Assembly: GCA_050951805.1 (NCBI GenBank)
Contig: JBMNJT010000002.1
Coordinates: 1,344,001-1,408,000, forward strand
Direction: 5' to 3'
Source: Bacillota bacterium
GTDB taxonomy: Bacteria; Bacillota; DTU025
Length of the DNA: 64,000 nucleotides
In this document: positions 30,531 through 39,146 of the stretch, piece after piece
Position numbering within the stretch: position 1 is the stretch's first letter
Layout: every line of letters begins with the position of its first letter
Notes under the pieces: model-generated
Databases searched by the model: none
Told to the model about the DNA's origin: nothing
Seen by the model: the letters and a program-made list of their open reading frames with translations, nothing else
Made by a program: the position numbers and the translations under genes

Positions 30531-30598
30531 TCCTCCGGCCCGGTTCGCACACCCTAGTACCATCCCACACGGCGGCCTCTGATTCTGCTTTTTGTCGT

Positions 30599-30626
30599 GT
30601 TCTACGCAATGCCCGGACTTTCCTGC
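30599..30626 (-). promoter_or_regulatory. Putative sigmaH promoter of the dehydratase operon
   Basis: GCAGGAAA-N13-GTAGAAC, nearly identical in layout to the spo0A promoter in this window. Confidence 0.55.
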
Positions 30627-30653
30627 CTCGATGCAGCCAGGTTCCAGGAACGC

Positions 30654-31511
30654 TCATTCTTTCTCCCTCCCCAGCCGGTCAATGAAGCGAAGCACCCTGT
30701 TGTCCTCTATGACTTTGCCGAAAGACATCCGTTCCGATGCCAACGTAAGCCACACGAGAACGATCAGAGCGCTCGTCCGCCACCCGACTGTCATCTGGAG
30801 AAGGCAGTAACCAAGGGCTGCGCCGAGGGCATTGGACCCAGTGTCTCCAAGCATTGCTGTTTCGCCAAGATCCGCAGGGAAAAAGGCGATCGCGGCTCCA
30901 AGGGCAGATCCCGCCGGGCTGAGCATTCGCGCCAAACCGGCCTTCCCGTCCTTCATCCAAAACCACATGCTAAGGGCCGCAAACCCCAGTAGAAACCCTT
31001 TTATTGCGCGCCCTGGCCGCCTATCAAGCAAGTTGATCAAGTTGGCAGAGAGTGCTACGACTGCGGCGTCCATCAAGTCCCTGATTCCCACGGGAGCCAT
31101 TGCCAGCAGCTCGACAGCGCCAAGAGAAACCGCTCCGCCCAAGAAGACCTTGACCACCCCCGTAGTGAAGGAGCCCTGGGACAATGCGCCGAAATGTCCG
31201 CTAAACCCCGACTGGGCGTGACCTCCCAGCATGTCGTCGATAAAACCGGCGAACCCAAATCCGACGATCACCAGGAGGTAGGCTCCAACTCTGCCCGGCT
31301 CGTCCACGTGGATCCCGCCAAGTGCTCCAACGAGAATGGGTCCTAGAACAGCTCCGAATGGCACAACAAGGCCGCCCGGGAAGGCTACCGGTTTTCGACG
31401 ATAGTTGGCCACAGGTCCAACGGTTCGCAAGAGCATTTCTGTGACGCCCTTCAAGGACGCGGCCACGATCATCCCGGCCAACAACGCCCCGAAAGCTCCG
31501 TCCCACATCAT
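30654..31511 (-). CDS. MraY/WecA-like (glycosyltransferase family 4) polyprenyl-phosphate phosphotransferase
   Basis: NYRRKPV, GFIDDMLG, GFSGHF, NLINLLDRRPGRA, MLGDTGSNALGA; multiple TM helices. Confidence 0.85.
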   Translation of the reverse strand: MMWDGAFGALLAGMIVAASLKGVTEMLLRTVGPVANYRRKPVAFPGGLVVPFGAVLGPILVGALGGIHVDEPGRVGAYLLVIVGFGFAGFIDDMLGGHAQSGFSGHFGALSQGSFTTGVVKVFLGGAVSLGAVELLAMAPVGIRDLMDAAVVALSANLINLLDRRPGRAIKGFLLGFAALSMWFWMKDGKAGLARMLSPAGSALGAAIAFFPADLGETAMLGDTGSNALGAALGYCLLQMTVGWRTSALIVLVWLTLASERMSFGKVIEDNRVLRFIDRLGREKE

Positions 31512-31629
31512 CCGTGCCTCCGAAGCAATCACCTCCCAGCGTTCCTAGGGCTATCTTTCGCCACCGCCCAAACGAATATCACGACGAGCACCTCCGCGCT
31601 CGTGTCAGATGGACCGTTCACTCTGTCCG

Positions 31630-31684
31630 AAAAAATGAGAAGCTCGCCGCGGTCGCGCCCCCACATGGCGCAAGGCGCGGCGAG
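31630..31684 (-). terminator. Terminator-like hairpin inside the GT2-GT4 spacer
   Basis: CTCGCCGCG...CGCGGCGAG stem followed by CTTCTCATTTTTT on the minus strand. Confidence 0.5.
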
Positions 31685-31957
31685 TCACATGCAGAGTCCC
31701 CGCAAGAATGGCTCCGGCTAGCACTGGAAAACACCCACGAGCTCGTGGGCTGATCTGTCTTGACTCTAATCAGGCGGGGAACGAGAATGGGCATCCACCG
31801 ACGAAGGTGTAATGGGTGCAAGAGATGCCCCAGAAAAGGCCGGTGAATAAAAGTACCCAAACCTTGGAGAGCTCACTACGCGACGACGCAAACTTCTTCT
31901 GGCGCGTCCCTACACGATGCATCCACGCCCGCTCGGAGCATGTCGTCTGCCACACGC

Positions 31958-32656
31958 TCAGCGGCGCCGCATCGTGAGCGCCTCAAGCACCTCTACGAAT
32001 TGACGCGCCCTGTGACAAATTCCAGCCAGATCCTTCCCTGTCTCCCTATGAGTCATATTCGTGGGAACCTCAACAATCGTGTATCCCGCCCTTGCCCAAT
32101 CTATCGCCAAGCCGACCTCGAGTCCGAACCCCCTGTCCAACCTGGGCATGTGGGCGCCGTCCCCTGCAAACACCTCATAGAACGGCTCCGCCAGTAGCGC
32201 CCGCTGCCCGGACAAAGGCCACTTGAGATCCAAGCCTGCCAATTGCCTGACTCCGCGCTTTGCAAGCCCGACTACCAGGCCAAAGCCGCCTGAACTGATG
32301 GGCTGCGGGAATCCTGCCACCGCCATGTCTCCCCTGCCTTCAACCACAGCAGACACAACGGATGCCATCTCGGCTGCGCTCGGTCCCAGATCCGCGTCGG
32401 CAAAAACGAGAAGCGCCGGAGCCATCTTCCGCGCTCTGGCGATCCCCGTAGCTACAGCCGCGCCCTTTCCTACAGTTTTCGCCATCCGGATCACCGTCGC
32501 CCCAGCCTCCTTTGCCCTAGCAGAGGTGCGATCACGAGATCCATCATCCACAACGATCACACAGTCCGCAGCGGAGCATTGGAGAAGCGCAGCCACGCTC
32601 TGGCCCACACTGGGTTCTTCGTTGAGCGCGGGCACTATTGCTACCCTCGGATGCAC
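31958..32656 (-). CDS. Glycosyltransferase family 2 protein
   Basis: IVPALNEE, VVDDGSRDRT, GKGAA, FADADL, PLSGQR, GFGLEVGL; GTG 32656 overlaps the steB stop. Confidence 0.88.
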   Translation of the reverse strand: MHPRVAIVPALNEEPSVGQSVAALLQCSAADCVIVVDDGSRDRTSARAKEAGATVIRMAKTVGKGAAVATGIARARKMAPALLVFADADLGPSAAEMASVVSAVVEGRGDMAVAGFPQPISSGGFGLVVGLAKRGVRQLAGLDLKWPLSGQRALLAEPFYEVFAGDGAHMPRLDRGFGLEVGLAIDWARAGYTIVEVPTNMTHRETGKDLAGICHRARQFVEVLEALTMRRR

Positions 32657-33471
32657 TACCTTCCCTCCTGCGCGGGCAGGGCCGCCGGTGCTGGAGGCTG
32701 TCCGTATACCCCGCGGGCACCTGCAAGCGCCAGCGCCATCGCCACATTGCCAGGCGCAGTCCCAACACCGTAAACCTCGGCTGCGGGCAACGCCTTTCCA
32801 AGCTGACTCGAGAACTTGCCGGCTGCCACGTCCGACCGGACCTTGAGCACAGCAGCGCGCGTCCATCCAACTACCAGGGGCGTTCCTGCACTCTTTGCGG
32901 CAGCAGACAAGGCTTGAAGAAAGGCTGCTTCCTTTGCCTCAGCAGGCCCTGACAGAGCCAGCACCACGCTGAACTGGCACCTTTCGGCCATCCTGATCTT
33001 GGCGAGGCCTTGGGTCGACAAACTCTTGATCCTATCCATGTCAGAGGACGTGATAGCCTGAGCCCAAACACTCAGCTGTCCGCTGTTGGCGCCCGCTAAA
33101 GCCACATCGGCCAACTCAACGACCGCCCCGACTCGAGCCCCCGCACCTTCGCAAACATCCCTGGCAGATTCCAGATCGCCTCGATCGACGTCTGGCATGG
33201 ACACGATTCCCACTGTCTTGCCGGCCAAAGACCCACGGATCATGTATGGCACGCTCTCTTCCGCATACCTTCGCGCGGCGTCAAGTTCCTGTGCTAAGGC
33301 GTCACGGTCTTGTGACAACCTGTAGAAGTCGGCATCGAGCCTGTCAATCAAGGTCCTCTGTTGCGCCGCCAATCCTTCACCGCCAGATATGGCAGCCCCA
33401 AGCAGAATCCCTATCCCTAGAGCGACGAGGACCGCCGCCAAAGATACCACGTGATACCGCAGACTCATCAC
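32656..33471 (-). CDS. steB: SteB/MctB (DUF3186) family membrane-anchored protein
   Basis: N-terminal LRYHVVSLAAVLVALGIGILLG followed by a coiled coil; directly downstream of steA. Confidence 0.85.
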   Translation of the reverse strand: MMSLRYHVVSLAAVLVALGIGILLGAAISGGEGLAAQQRTLIDRLDADFYRLSQDRDALAQELDAARRYAEESVPYMIRGSLAGKTVGIVSMPDVDRGDLESARDVCEGAGARVGAVVELADVALAGANSGQLSVWAQAITSSDMDRIKSLSTQGLAKIRMAERCQFSVVLALSGPAEAKEAAFLQALSAAAKSAGTPLVVGWTRAAVLKVRSDVAAGKFSSQLGKALPAAEVYGVGTAPGNVAMALALAGARGVYGQPPAPAALPAQEGR

Positions 33472-33501
33472 GGCAATCTCCCCATCCGATCGGCTTTCGG
33501 T

Positions 33502-34692
33502 TCAAAGCAGGCCCAACATCACACGGATTTTGAGGTAGATCAACCTCGCCGTGTCAGCCACAGATCCAGAGAACAAGGCTATAGCAGCCAGGGGCACAAC
33601 CGCTGCCAAAAGGATCCCGATTATGTGCCCTATCCGTAGCCTTCCCCTGTATAGCTGGCTCACTCCCTTTGCGTCCACCAGTACCGATCCAACCTTCAGC
33701 CGCACAAGAAACGTGCTGCCCATCCCAGGCCTGCCTTTCTCGAGGAAATCAAGCATATTGGAATGAGTTCCCACCGCCACGATGAGGGAAGCTCCTTTCT
33801 CGTAGGCAAGGAGCATGGCTATATCTTCGCTCGTGCCGGGACAGACAAAAGTCTTGTGCGAAAGGCCGAGATTGGCGAGGCGCTCGGCGCCGGGGGATCG
33901 GCCGTCAGGATACGAATGGGCCACCAACTCCGCGCCTAAGAAAAGCGTTTCATCGGATACTGAATCCATGTCTCCTATGATGATATCCGGCGCGAATCCC
34001 CTCTCTACTAGGGCATCAGCGCCTCCGTCGACGCCGATGAGGACAGGGGCCATCTCCCTGATGTAGGAAGCAACGGCGTCGAGGTCTTCCCTGTATCTAG
34101 GGCCCCTCACCGCGATCAGGCAGTGTCTGCCGTGAATCTGGGTCTCCAACGGGGGGATGTCTATGTCCCCGAGGATTATGTCCTTCTCCTTGATTGCATA
34201 CTGAAGAGTATTGACGACGAATTTCTCCAGCTCGGCATCGAGATTCTCCTCGGCTTCGATGTAGGCGGCCTCAAGGCTGTCCCTTGTCACCCACACCCCG
34301 ACGCCTATAGGCTTTCCCTCTTTGAAAACCTCATTTCCTTCTATTTCCAGGGCATCTCCGTCCGCAACCACGTCCAAAAGATGAGGGCCGACCCCATCCA
34401 GCACCGGAATGCCCGCATCCAGCAGAATCCCAGGACCCAGGCACCTGTATCTGCCGGTGATGGAACGGTCGGCATTTATCACCATTTTAGGGCACGCTTC
34501 AACCAAGGCTCGTCCCGACACTTCATCTATATCGGCATGGGCTATCACTGCAATTTCCCCAGGTCGGAGCCGGGAAATTAGATTCTTCGTTTTACGGTCA
34601 GCTCTGGCTGTCCCTCTGATGCGAACACGGGCGTTTCCCGCGGAATCCTCCGCCCCAATGCTCTGTTTGCCATCGACCCCATCGTACCCCAT
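33502..34692 (-). CDS. steA: SteA (putative cytokinetic ring protein with thiamine pyrophosphokinase-like domain)
   Basis: DRKTKNL, IAVIAHADID, LIGVDGGADAL, GDMDSVSD, GTSEDIAMLLA, FLEKGRPGMGSTFL, C-terminal TM; start uncertain. Confidence 0.9.
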   Translation of the reverse strand: MGYDGVDGKQSIGAEDSAGNARVRIRGTARADRKTKNLISRLRPGEIAVIAHADIDEVSGRALVEACPKMVINADRSITGRYRCLGPGILLDAGIPVLDGVGPHLLDVVADGDALEIEGNEVFKEGKPIGVGVWVTRDSLEAAYIEAEENLDAELEKFVVNTLQYAIKEKDIILGDIDIPPLETQIHGRHCLIAVRGPRYREDLDAVASYIREMAPVLIGVDGGADALVERGFAPDIIIGDMDSVSDETLFLGAELVAHSYPDGRSPGAERLANLGLSHKTFVCPGTSEDIAMLLAYEKGASLIVAVGTHSNMLDFLEKGRPGMGSTFLVRLKVGSVLVDAKGVSQLYRGRLRIGHIIGILLAAVVPLAAIALFSGSVADTARLIYLKIRVMLGLL

Positions 34693-34755
34693 ACACTTAT
34701 TGATTCCCCGAGTTGCGTAGGCCATTCGCCAGAGTATAGGAGCACAATGACACAA

Positions 34756-35565
34756 TCAGCTGATAATCTGACCTGCCAGGTCTATCCTTACCTTGCTGGC
34801 TACCCGGGCTATGAAGGCAGAATTGGTTGGACGTCCCTTCTCAGCGTCGACAGTATGGCCAAATATCCGATTGATAAAGTCGATGTCCCCGCGATTCCAC
34901 GCCGTTTCGATCGCATGCCTCATGGCCCGTTCGACCCTGGAGGGTGTTGTGCCATGAGCTTCGGCGATCGTCGGGTAGACTGAGTAGGTCATGCTTCCTG
35001 CACCGTGCCCCCTCTCCAACGCCATGATGATCGCATCCTTCAGATAAAGGTATCCCTTCAGGTTTGCAGGCACGCCCATTCTGTGCAGAGTCTTGCTAAC
35101 CTCCACATCGTAGATGGAACGTTGAAGGTCTGTGCTCTGCGGGCATGATGCGCAGGATTGAAGCTCTTGAGGGCGCTCCGGCGGCAATGCTGCGAGCCGC
35201 CGGATCCGCCGCGCCAATACTTCAAGGTCAAATGGTTTCGCCATGTAATAATCGGCTCCCGCCGCCACTACCCCGGCGGCAGTGGTCTCCAGGCCCATCG
35301 CGGTGATTACCAGGATGCGAGGATGGGGGCTCAGGGGTGTGCTGTTGACATACTCTATGACCCCCAACCCGTCAAGGTGCGGCATGACGAGATCGAGCAG
35401 AATTACATCGGGCGCAACCTCCCTGATGACACTTATCGCTTCGGAGCCGTTGAAAGCTACACCGCACATCGACATGTCGGGCTGAGTCGAAACGAAGTCG
35501 GTAACAACTTCGACGAGGTCGACATTGTCGTCGACCATCACCAACCGAACCAGGCCTTGGGACAT
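34756..35565 (-). CDS. spo0A: Sporulation master regulator Spo0A
   Basis: Receiver domain (LLDLVMPHLDGL, KPF) plus GVPANLKGYLYL, TTPSRVERAMRHAIETAW, PTNSAFIA. Confidence 0.96.
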   Translation of the reverse strand: MSQGLVRLVMVDDNVDLVEVVTDFVSTQPDMSMCGVAFNGSEAISVIREVAPDVILLDLVMPHLDGLGVIEYVNSTPLSPHPRILVITAMGLETTAAGVVAAGADYYMAKPFDLEVLARRIRRLAALPPERPQELQSCASCPQSTDLQRSIYDVEVSKTLHRMGVPANLKGYLYLKDAIIMALERGHGAGSMTYSVYPTIAEAHGTTPSRVERAMRHAIETAWNRGDIDFINRIFGHTVDAEKGRPTNSAFIARVASKVRIDLAGQIIS

Positions 35566-35598
35566 TATCCGCAGCCTCCAAGAACATTGATACTGTCA

Positions 35599-35627
35599 CT
35601 TTCTACAGCGCTGAGCCCATCTCCTGC
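35599..35627 (-). promoter_or_regulatory. SigmaH promoter of spo0A
   Basis: GCAGGAGA-N13-GTAGAAAG; the spo0A sporulation promoter is sigmaH-dependent in B. subtilis. Confidence 0.65.
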
Positions 35628-35629
35628 CT

Positions 35630-35896
35630 TCACTGATCAATCGCTGGATCCACTAAACCACATCTTATGGCATACAGCGCAACCTGGATCCTGTTCTCGA
35701 CCCCGAGCTTCCTGCGTATGCTTGTTACGTAGTTCTTGACAGTCTTATCGGATATGAAGAGTTTTTCACCTATGGCCTGGTTGCTCAATCCTAGAGCCAC
35801 CATTCCTATTATCTCCCGCTCACGAGGAGAAAGTTTCTCCAGCGCGAGCGCGGCAGATGAGTCCAGTTCTGGTCTATCTTGCGGCACAGGCCTCAC
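35630..35896 (-). CDS. Stand-alone LuxR/GerE-type HTH protein
   Basis: LSPREREIIGMVALGLSNQAIGEKLFISDKTVKNYVTSIRRKLGVENR; no receiver domain. Confidence 0.88.
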   Translation of the reverse strand: MRPVPQDRPELDSSAALALEKLSPREREIIGMVALGLSNQAIGEKLFISDKTVKNYVTSIRRKLGVENRIQVALYAIRCGLVDPAIDQ

Positions 35897-35957
35897 CTCT
35901 CAACCCCATCAGGGCGTGTACACAGACGAAGCAAACTTGCTTCTCCCTCTGGCGGTA

Positions 35958-35986
35958 CATAATATGTGGTGCCAAATCTCCCTGTG
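35958..35986 (-). promoter_or_regulatory. Putative sigmaK-type promoter of the solo LuxR gene
   Basis: CACA-N16-CATATTATG compared with consensus mACm-N16-CATAnnnTa. Confidence 0.55.
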
Positions 35987-36035
35987 TATAGGCTTTTTGA
36001 CGGGGTCTGCGATTCGGACCCACATCGCCGCCTCC

Positions 36036-37352
36036 TCAAGCGGCCAACAAGACGATCCAACCCGCTGCGCGCTCGCTTCCTTCCATCAATCCGGCAACGT
36101 TCAGCATGTGTTCGGCAAAAACCCCGTATCCTCTCGAAGGGTCGGAAACGAAGACGTGAGTCACGGCCCCTACGAGCTTCCCATCCTGGATTATAGGGGA
36201 TCCGCTCATTCCCTGTACTATTCCGCCTGTCAGCTCGAGGAGACGTGGGTCAACCACCCTGATGACAATACCTTTCCCCGCGATCCGACTCTGCTTTGCA
36301 ACCTTCACTATTTCGATTTCAAACCTTTCTATGGAAGACCCGGTGACAACAGTGAGAATCTCGGCAGGGCCTTCATGGACCGCCGCAGCCAGCGCAACCG
36401 GAATCGGATCCGCGTAGTAGGGATTGGGAAGTGGCGCATCCAGTGTCCCGTATATCCCTACTTCGGTGTTGGCCTCCACGACCCCCACATTGTCCCGCGC
36501 GCCCGCGAATGTCCCGATCTTCTCCCCAGGTCTCCCTGCACCACTCAGATCTATCCCTGATACGCGCGCTGAGACGATTCTCCCATCTGTAATTGGGATC
36601 TCCTTGCCTGTCTGCGAATCTACTACGACATGTCCCAAAGCCCCGTACCTCATCGTGCCCGGGTGCCAGAAAGTTAGGGTGCCCACGCCTGCCGCATTAT
36701 CTCTCACATAAACCCCAATTCGATAGCCGCCATCGGCAGGCGCCGGCAAGACCGTGACATCGAATTCCCGCCCATCCCGAACAATTCCCATCCTCACAGG
36801 CCTACCCCCCAATGCACCTTCGCTCACAAGCGTCTCCAGCTGGCGCGGCTCACGGACCTCATATCCATCGACTGAGACGATCATGTCCCCGACCTCGATT
36901 CCCCCGTCGCGGGCCGGCATGTATCTGAGTCCGTCTGAGCCAACAACCGGGTACATTCCCATCACCCTCACCCCGCGGCTTGCGAGCAGGATGCCTATGG
37001 AGTGTCCCCCAGGAATCACCCGCATCTGGGGCACTACGTCCACAACTAGGCGTTTTACGGGGATCGCATTGAAGAGCCGTACCTCCAGCCGCGTTCTTCC
37101 CGCCTTCGTGGGAGTCACTTCCACTTTCGATCCTATGGCGGCATCCATCAGAAGAGAGTCTGGAGGATCAACGACTACGGCCCCTCTGCCAAGAGGGCCC
37201 ATGTCCACACTGAATGTTTGGCCTTCAAAAACCCTGATGTAAATGGGAGACACATAGATTCTGGCTACCGCAGCCCCGATGGCCGCAAGCGAAAGGAAAC
37301 CGACAATGACCGCAAAAGCGATCGCTATGCGTTTCGACGAATACGCCCGCAT
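36036..37352 (-). CDS. spoIVB: SpoIVB peptidase (S55)
   Basis: PGGHSIG, PDZ domain, YVRDNAAGVGTLTF, YGALGH, GGIVQGMSGSPIIQ, GAVTHVF. Confidence 0.95.
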   Translation of the reverse strand: MRAYSSKRIAIAFAVIVGFLSLAAIGAAVARIYVSPIYIRVFEGQTFSVDMGPLGRGAVVVDPPDSLLMDAAIGSKVEVTPTKAGRTRLEVRLFNAIPVKRLVVDVVPQMRVIPGGHSIGILLASRGVRVMGMYPVVGSDGLRYMPARDGGIEVGDMIVSVDGYEVREPRQLETLVSEGALGGRPVRMGIVRDGREFDVTVLPAPADGGYRIGVYVRDNAAGVGTLTFWHPGTMRYGALGHVVVDSQTGKEIPITDGRIVSARVSGIDLSGAGRPGEKIGTFAGARDNVGVVEANTEVGIYGTLDAPLPNPYYADPIPVALAAAVHEGPAEILTVVTGSSIERFEIEIVKVAKQSRIAGKGIVIRVVDPRLLELTGGIVQGMSGSPIIQDGKLVGAVTHVFVSDPSRGYGVFAEHMLNVAGLMEGSERAAGWIVLLAA

Positions 37353-37413
37353 CCTTCCACCATCTCGCCGCGGGCGTATCTGACGCGCGCGTACGCGCCG
37401 GCCCGCGCGGGTT

Positions 37414-37443
37414 TAACGTGTCCGGCACGAGCAAGGCGTATTC
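37414..37443 (-). promoter_or_regulatory. SigmaF/G promoter of spoIVB
   Basis: GAATA-N15-GGACACGTTA; spoIVB is known to be forespore-expressed. Confidence 0.6.
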
Positions 37444-37655
37444 GCGCTAAAAGATGCTGTAGTTGGCAACTAGACTTGATTTGAAATCAGACTGAAGAAG
37501 AAACCGATTCCCGTGACGCTTAGTGGATCAAGCCACAACGGCACAAGAGTAGTTGCGAAATGGAGCATGCGGCAGCGGGATGCACGCCCATGAAAGGCGA
37601 TACGAACGTCTGATAGAAAAAGCTAACACATCGAACAGGGATTTGCGTCCTATTC

Positions 37656-39146
37656 TCAAATATCCCGCTTCCTGTAAAACCTGGATATGAAGAATCCATC
37701 GGTGCCGGATATACCGGGCAGGAGCTCAATCATGTGCCCGTCGTCAGAACAGAATGCACGGGCAGCGGCTGAGGGCATGTACGGGGCTATCGGCGACGGC
37801 ACGAACTCGCGATGACGCACCGCGAACCGCTGAACCTGGTCCCGATTCTCCCGGGTTCCAACGGTGCACGTGCTGTACACCAGCACCCCTCCGGGCTTTA
37901 CACACCTAGCAGCCGCATCGAGTATCTCTTCCTGCAGCTCCGAAAGCTCCAAAATGTCGTCTGGGCTCCTGCGCCACCGTGCATCGGGTCGGCGGCCTAG
38001 CACACCCAGGCCTGAACATGGCGCATCAACAAGCACGGCATCAGCCTTGCCCGAGTAGATATCTGGAAGCTCTCGTGCATCGCAGCAGATCGCCTCCACT
38101 GATGGCAGACCGAGCCTGGCCACGCTGTCTTCTATCATCTTCACTCGTTCCAAAGCTACATCGCATGCCACAACCTTCGCACCGCATCCCGCCAACTCAG
38201 CCATGTGGGCAGCTTTTCCTCCAGGAGCGGCGCACGCGTCTATTATCAAGGGCCAATGGCCGTCTTCAATCGCTTCTTCGGCCACACCCGACTCATCTTC
38301 CTTGCCGGATTCTGCCCAGAGCGCACCTGGCTTTTTCCCATTCGCGGCACATACGAGCTCCGCAACGCCAATAACGTGCCCTACCAACATAGAGCTTTCG
38401 TCCTGGACAGAAAAGAGCCCATCGTGGTACCCGGGCAACTCCTCGACCCCATCGATTGGACTTGAGAGTATAAGCGCCTCGGGGCATAAATGGCCCGGTT
38501 CAGAGAGCACACCTTCACTTTTGAGCATGCGGGAAAACTCTTCACGCTCGATCTTCAGCCGGTTGACGCGGAGCACTATAGTCGGCGCTTCATTTCCCGC
38601 CTCCAGCATTGCCCGAGCCACATCAACGCCATATTCGCCTATCCATGACTGCACAAGCCACTCGGGATATGACAGGGAGACCGAGAGATAACCTACAGGA
38701 TCACCTTTGGGGTCGGGAAACTCCGGAGAAAACTCTGCAGACGTGATCTTCCTCATAACAGCATTCACGAAAGAAGCAAGGCCGCGATGACCTAACCTTG
38801 CCGCGGACTCCACGGATTCCGAGACTGCAGCATGAGGCGGAACCCTCGACATGAAGAGAAGCTGGTAAACGCCTGTGCGCAACAAAGCCCTAGCCAGAGG
38901 ATCCATGAGATCTACAGGCCTGGTTGACGCATGTCCGATCCACCAATCCAAAGTTCTCTTTCTCCTTATGGATCCATAAGCGATCTCCATGGCAAGCCTG
39001 CGGTCACGCGCGTCCATCTCTTTCCCCGAAAGCGCCTGTGACCAGGCGGCATTCGCATACATGCCTTCCTGGTCACAGAGGTACGCAACTTCTACAGCAA
39101 GATCTCTGGCAGTTTTCGAAGCCGCAAACTTTGGCCGTCTAGTCAC
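37656..39146 (-). CDS. rsmB: 16S rRNA m5C967 methyltransferase RsmB/Sun
   Basis: NusB-like N-terminus, VQDESS, DACAAPGGK, DAPCSGLG, YSTCT, DGFF; extra loop of about 35 aa before motif I. Confidence 0.95.
   Translation of the reverse strand: MTRRPKFAASKTARDLAVEVAYLCDQEGMYANAAWSQALSGKEMDARDRRLAMEIAYGSIRRKRTLDWWIGHASTRPVDLMDPLARALLRTGVYQLLFMSRVPPHAAVSESVESAARLGHRGLASFVNAVMRKITSAEFSPEFPDPKGDPVGYLSVSLSYPEWLVQSWIGEYGVDVARAMLEAGNEAPTIVLRVNRLKIEREEFSRMLKSEGVLSEPGHLCPEALILSSPIDGVEELPGYHDGLFSVQDESSMLVGHVIGVAELVCAANGKKPGALWAESGKEDESGVAEEAIEDGHWPLIIDACAAPGGKAAHMAELAGCGAKVVACDVALERVKMIEDSVARLGLPSVEAICCDARELPDIYSGKADAVLVDAPCSGLGVLGRRPDARWRRSPDDILELSELQEEILDAAARCVKPGGVLVYSTCTVGTRENRDQVQRFAVRHREFVPSPIAPYMPSAAARAFCSDDGHMIELLPGISGTDGFFISRFYRKRDI

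Noticed and set aside
30610-30626. AGGAAAGTCCGGGC resembling the RNase P RNA conserved motif
   Set aside because: The intergenic space is only about 120 bp with no 3' P4 partner motif; better explained as a sigmaH promoter
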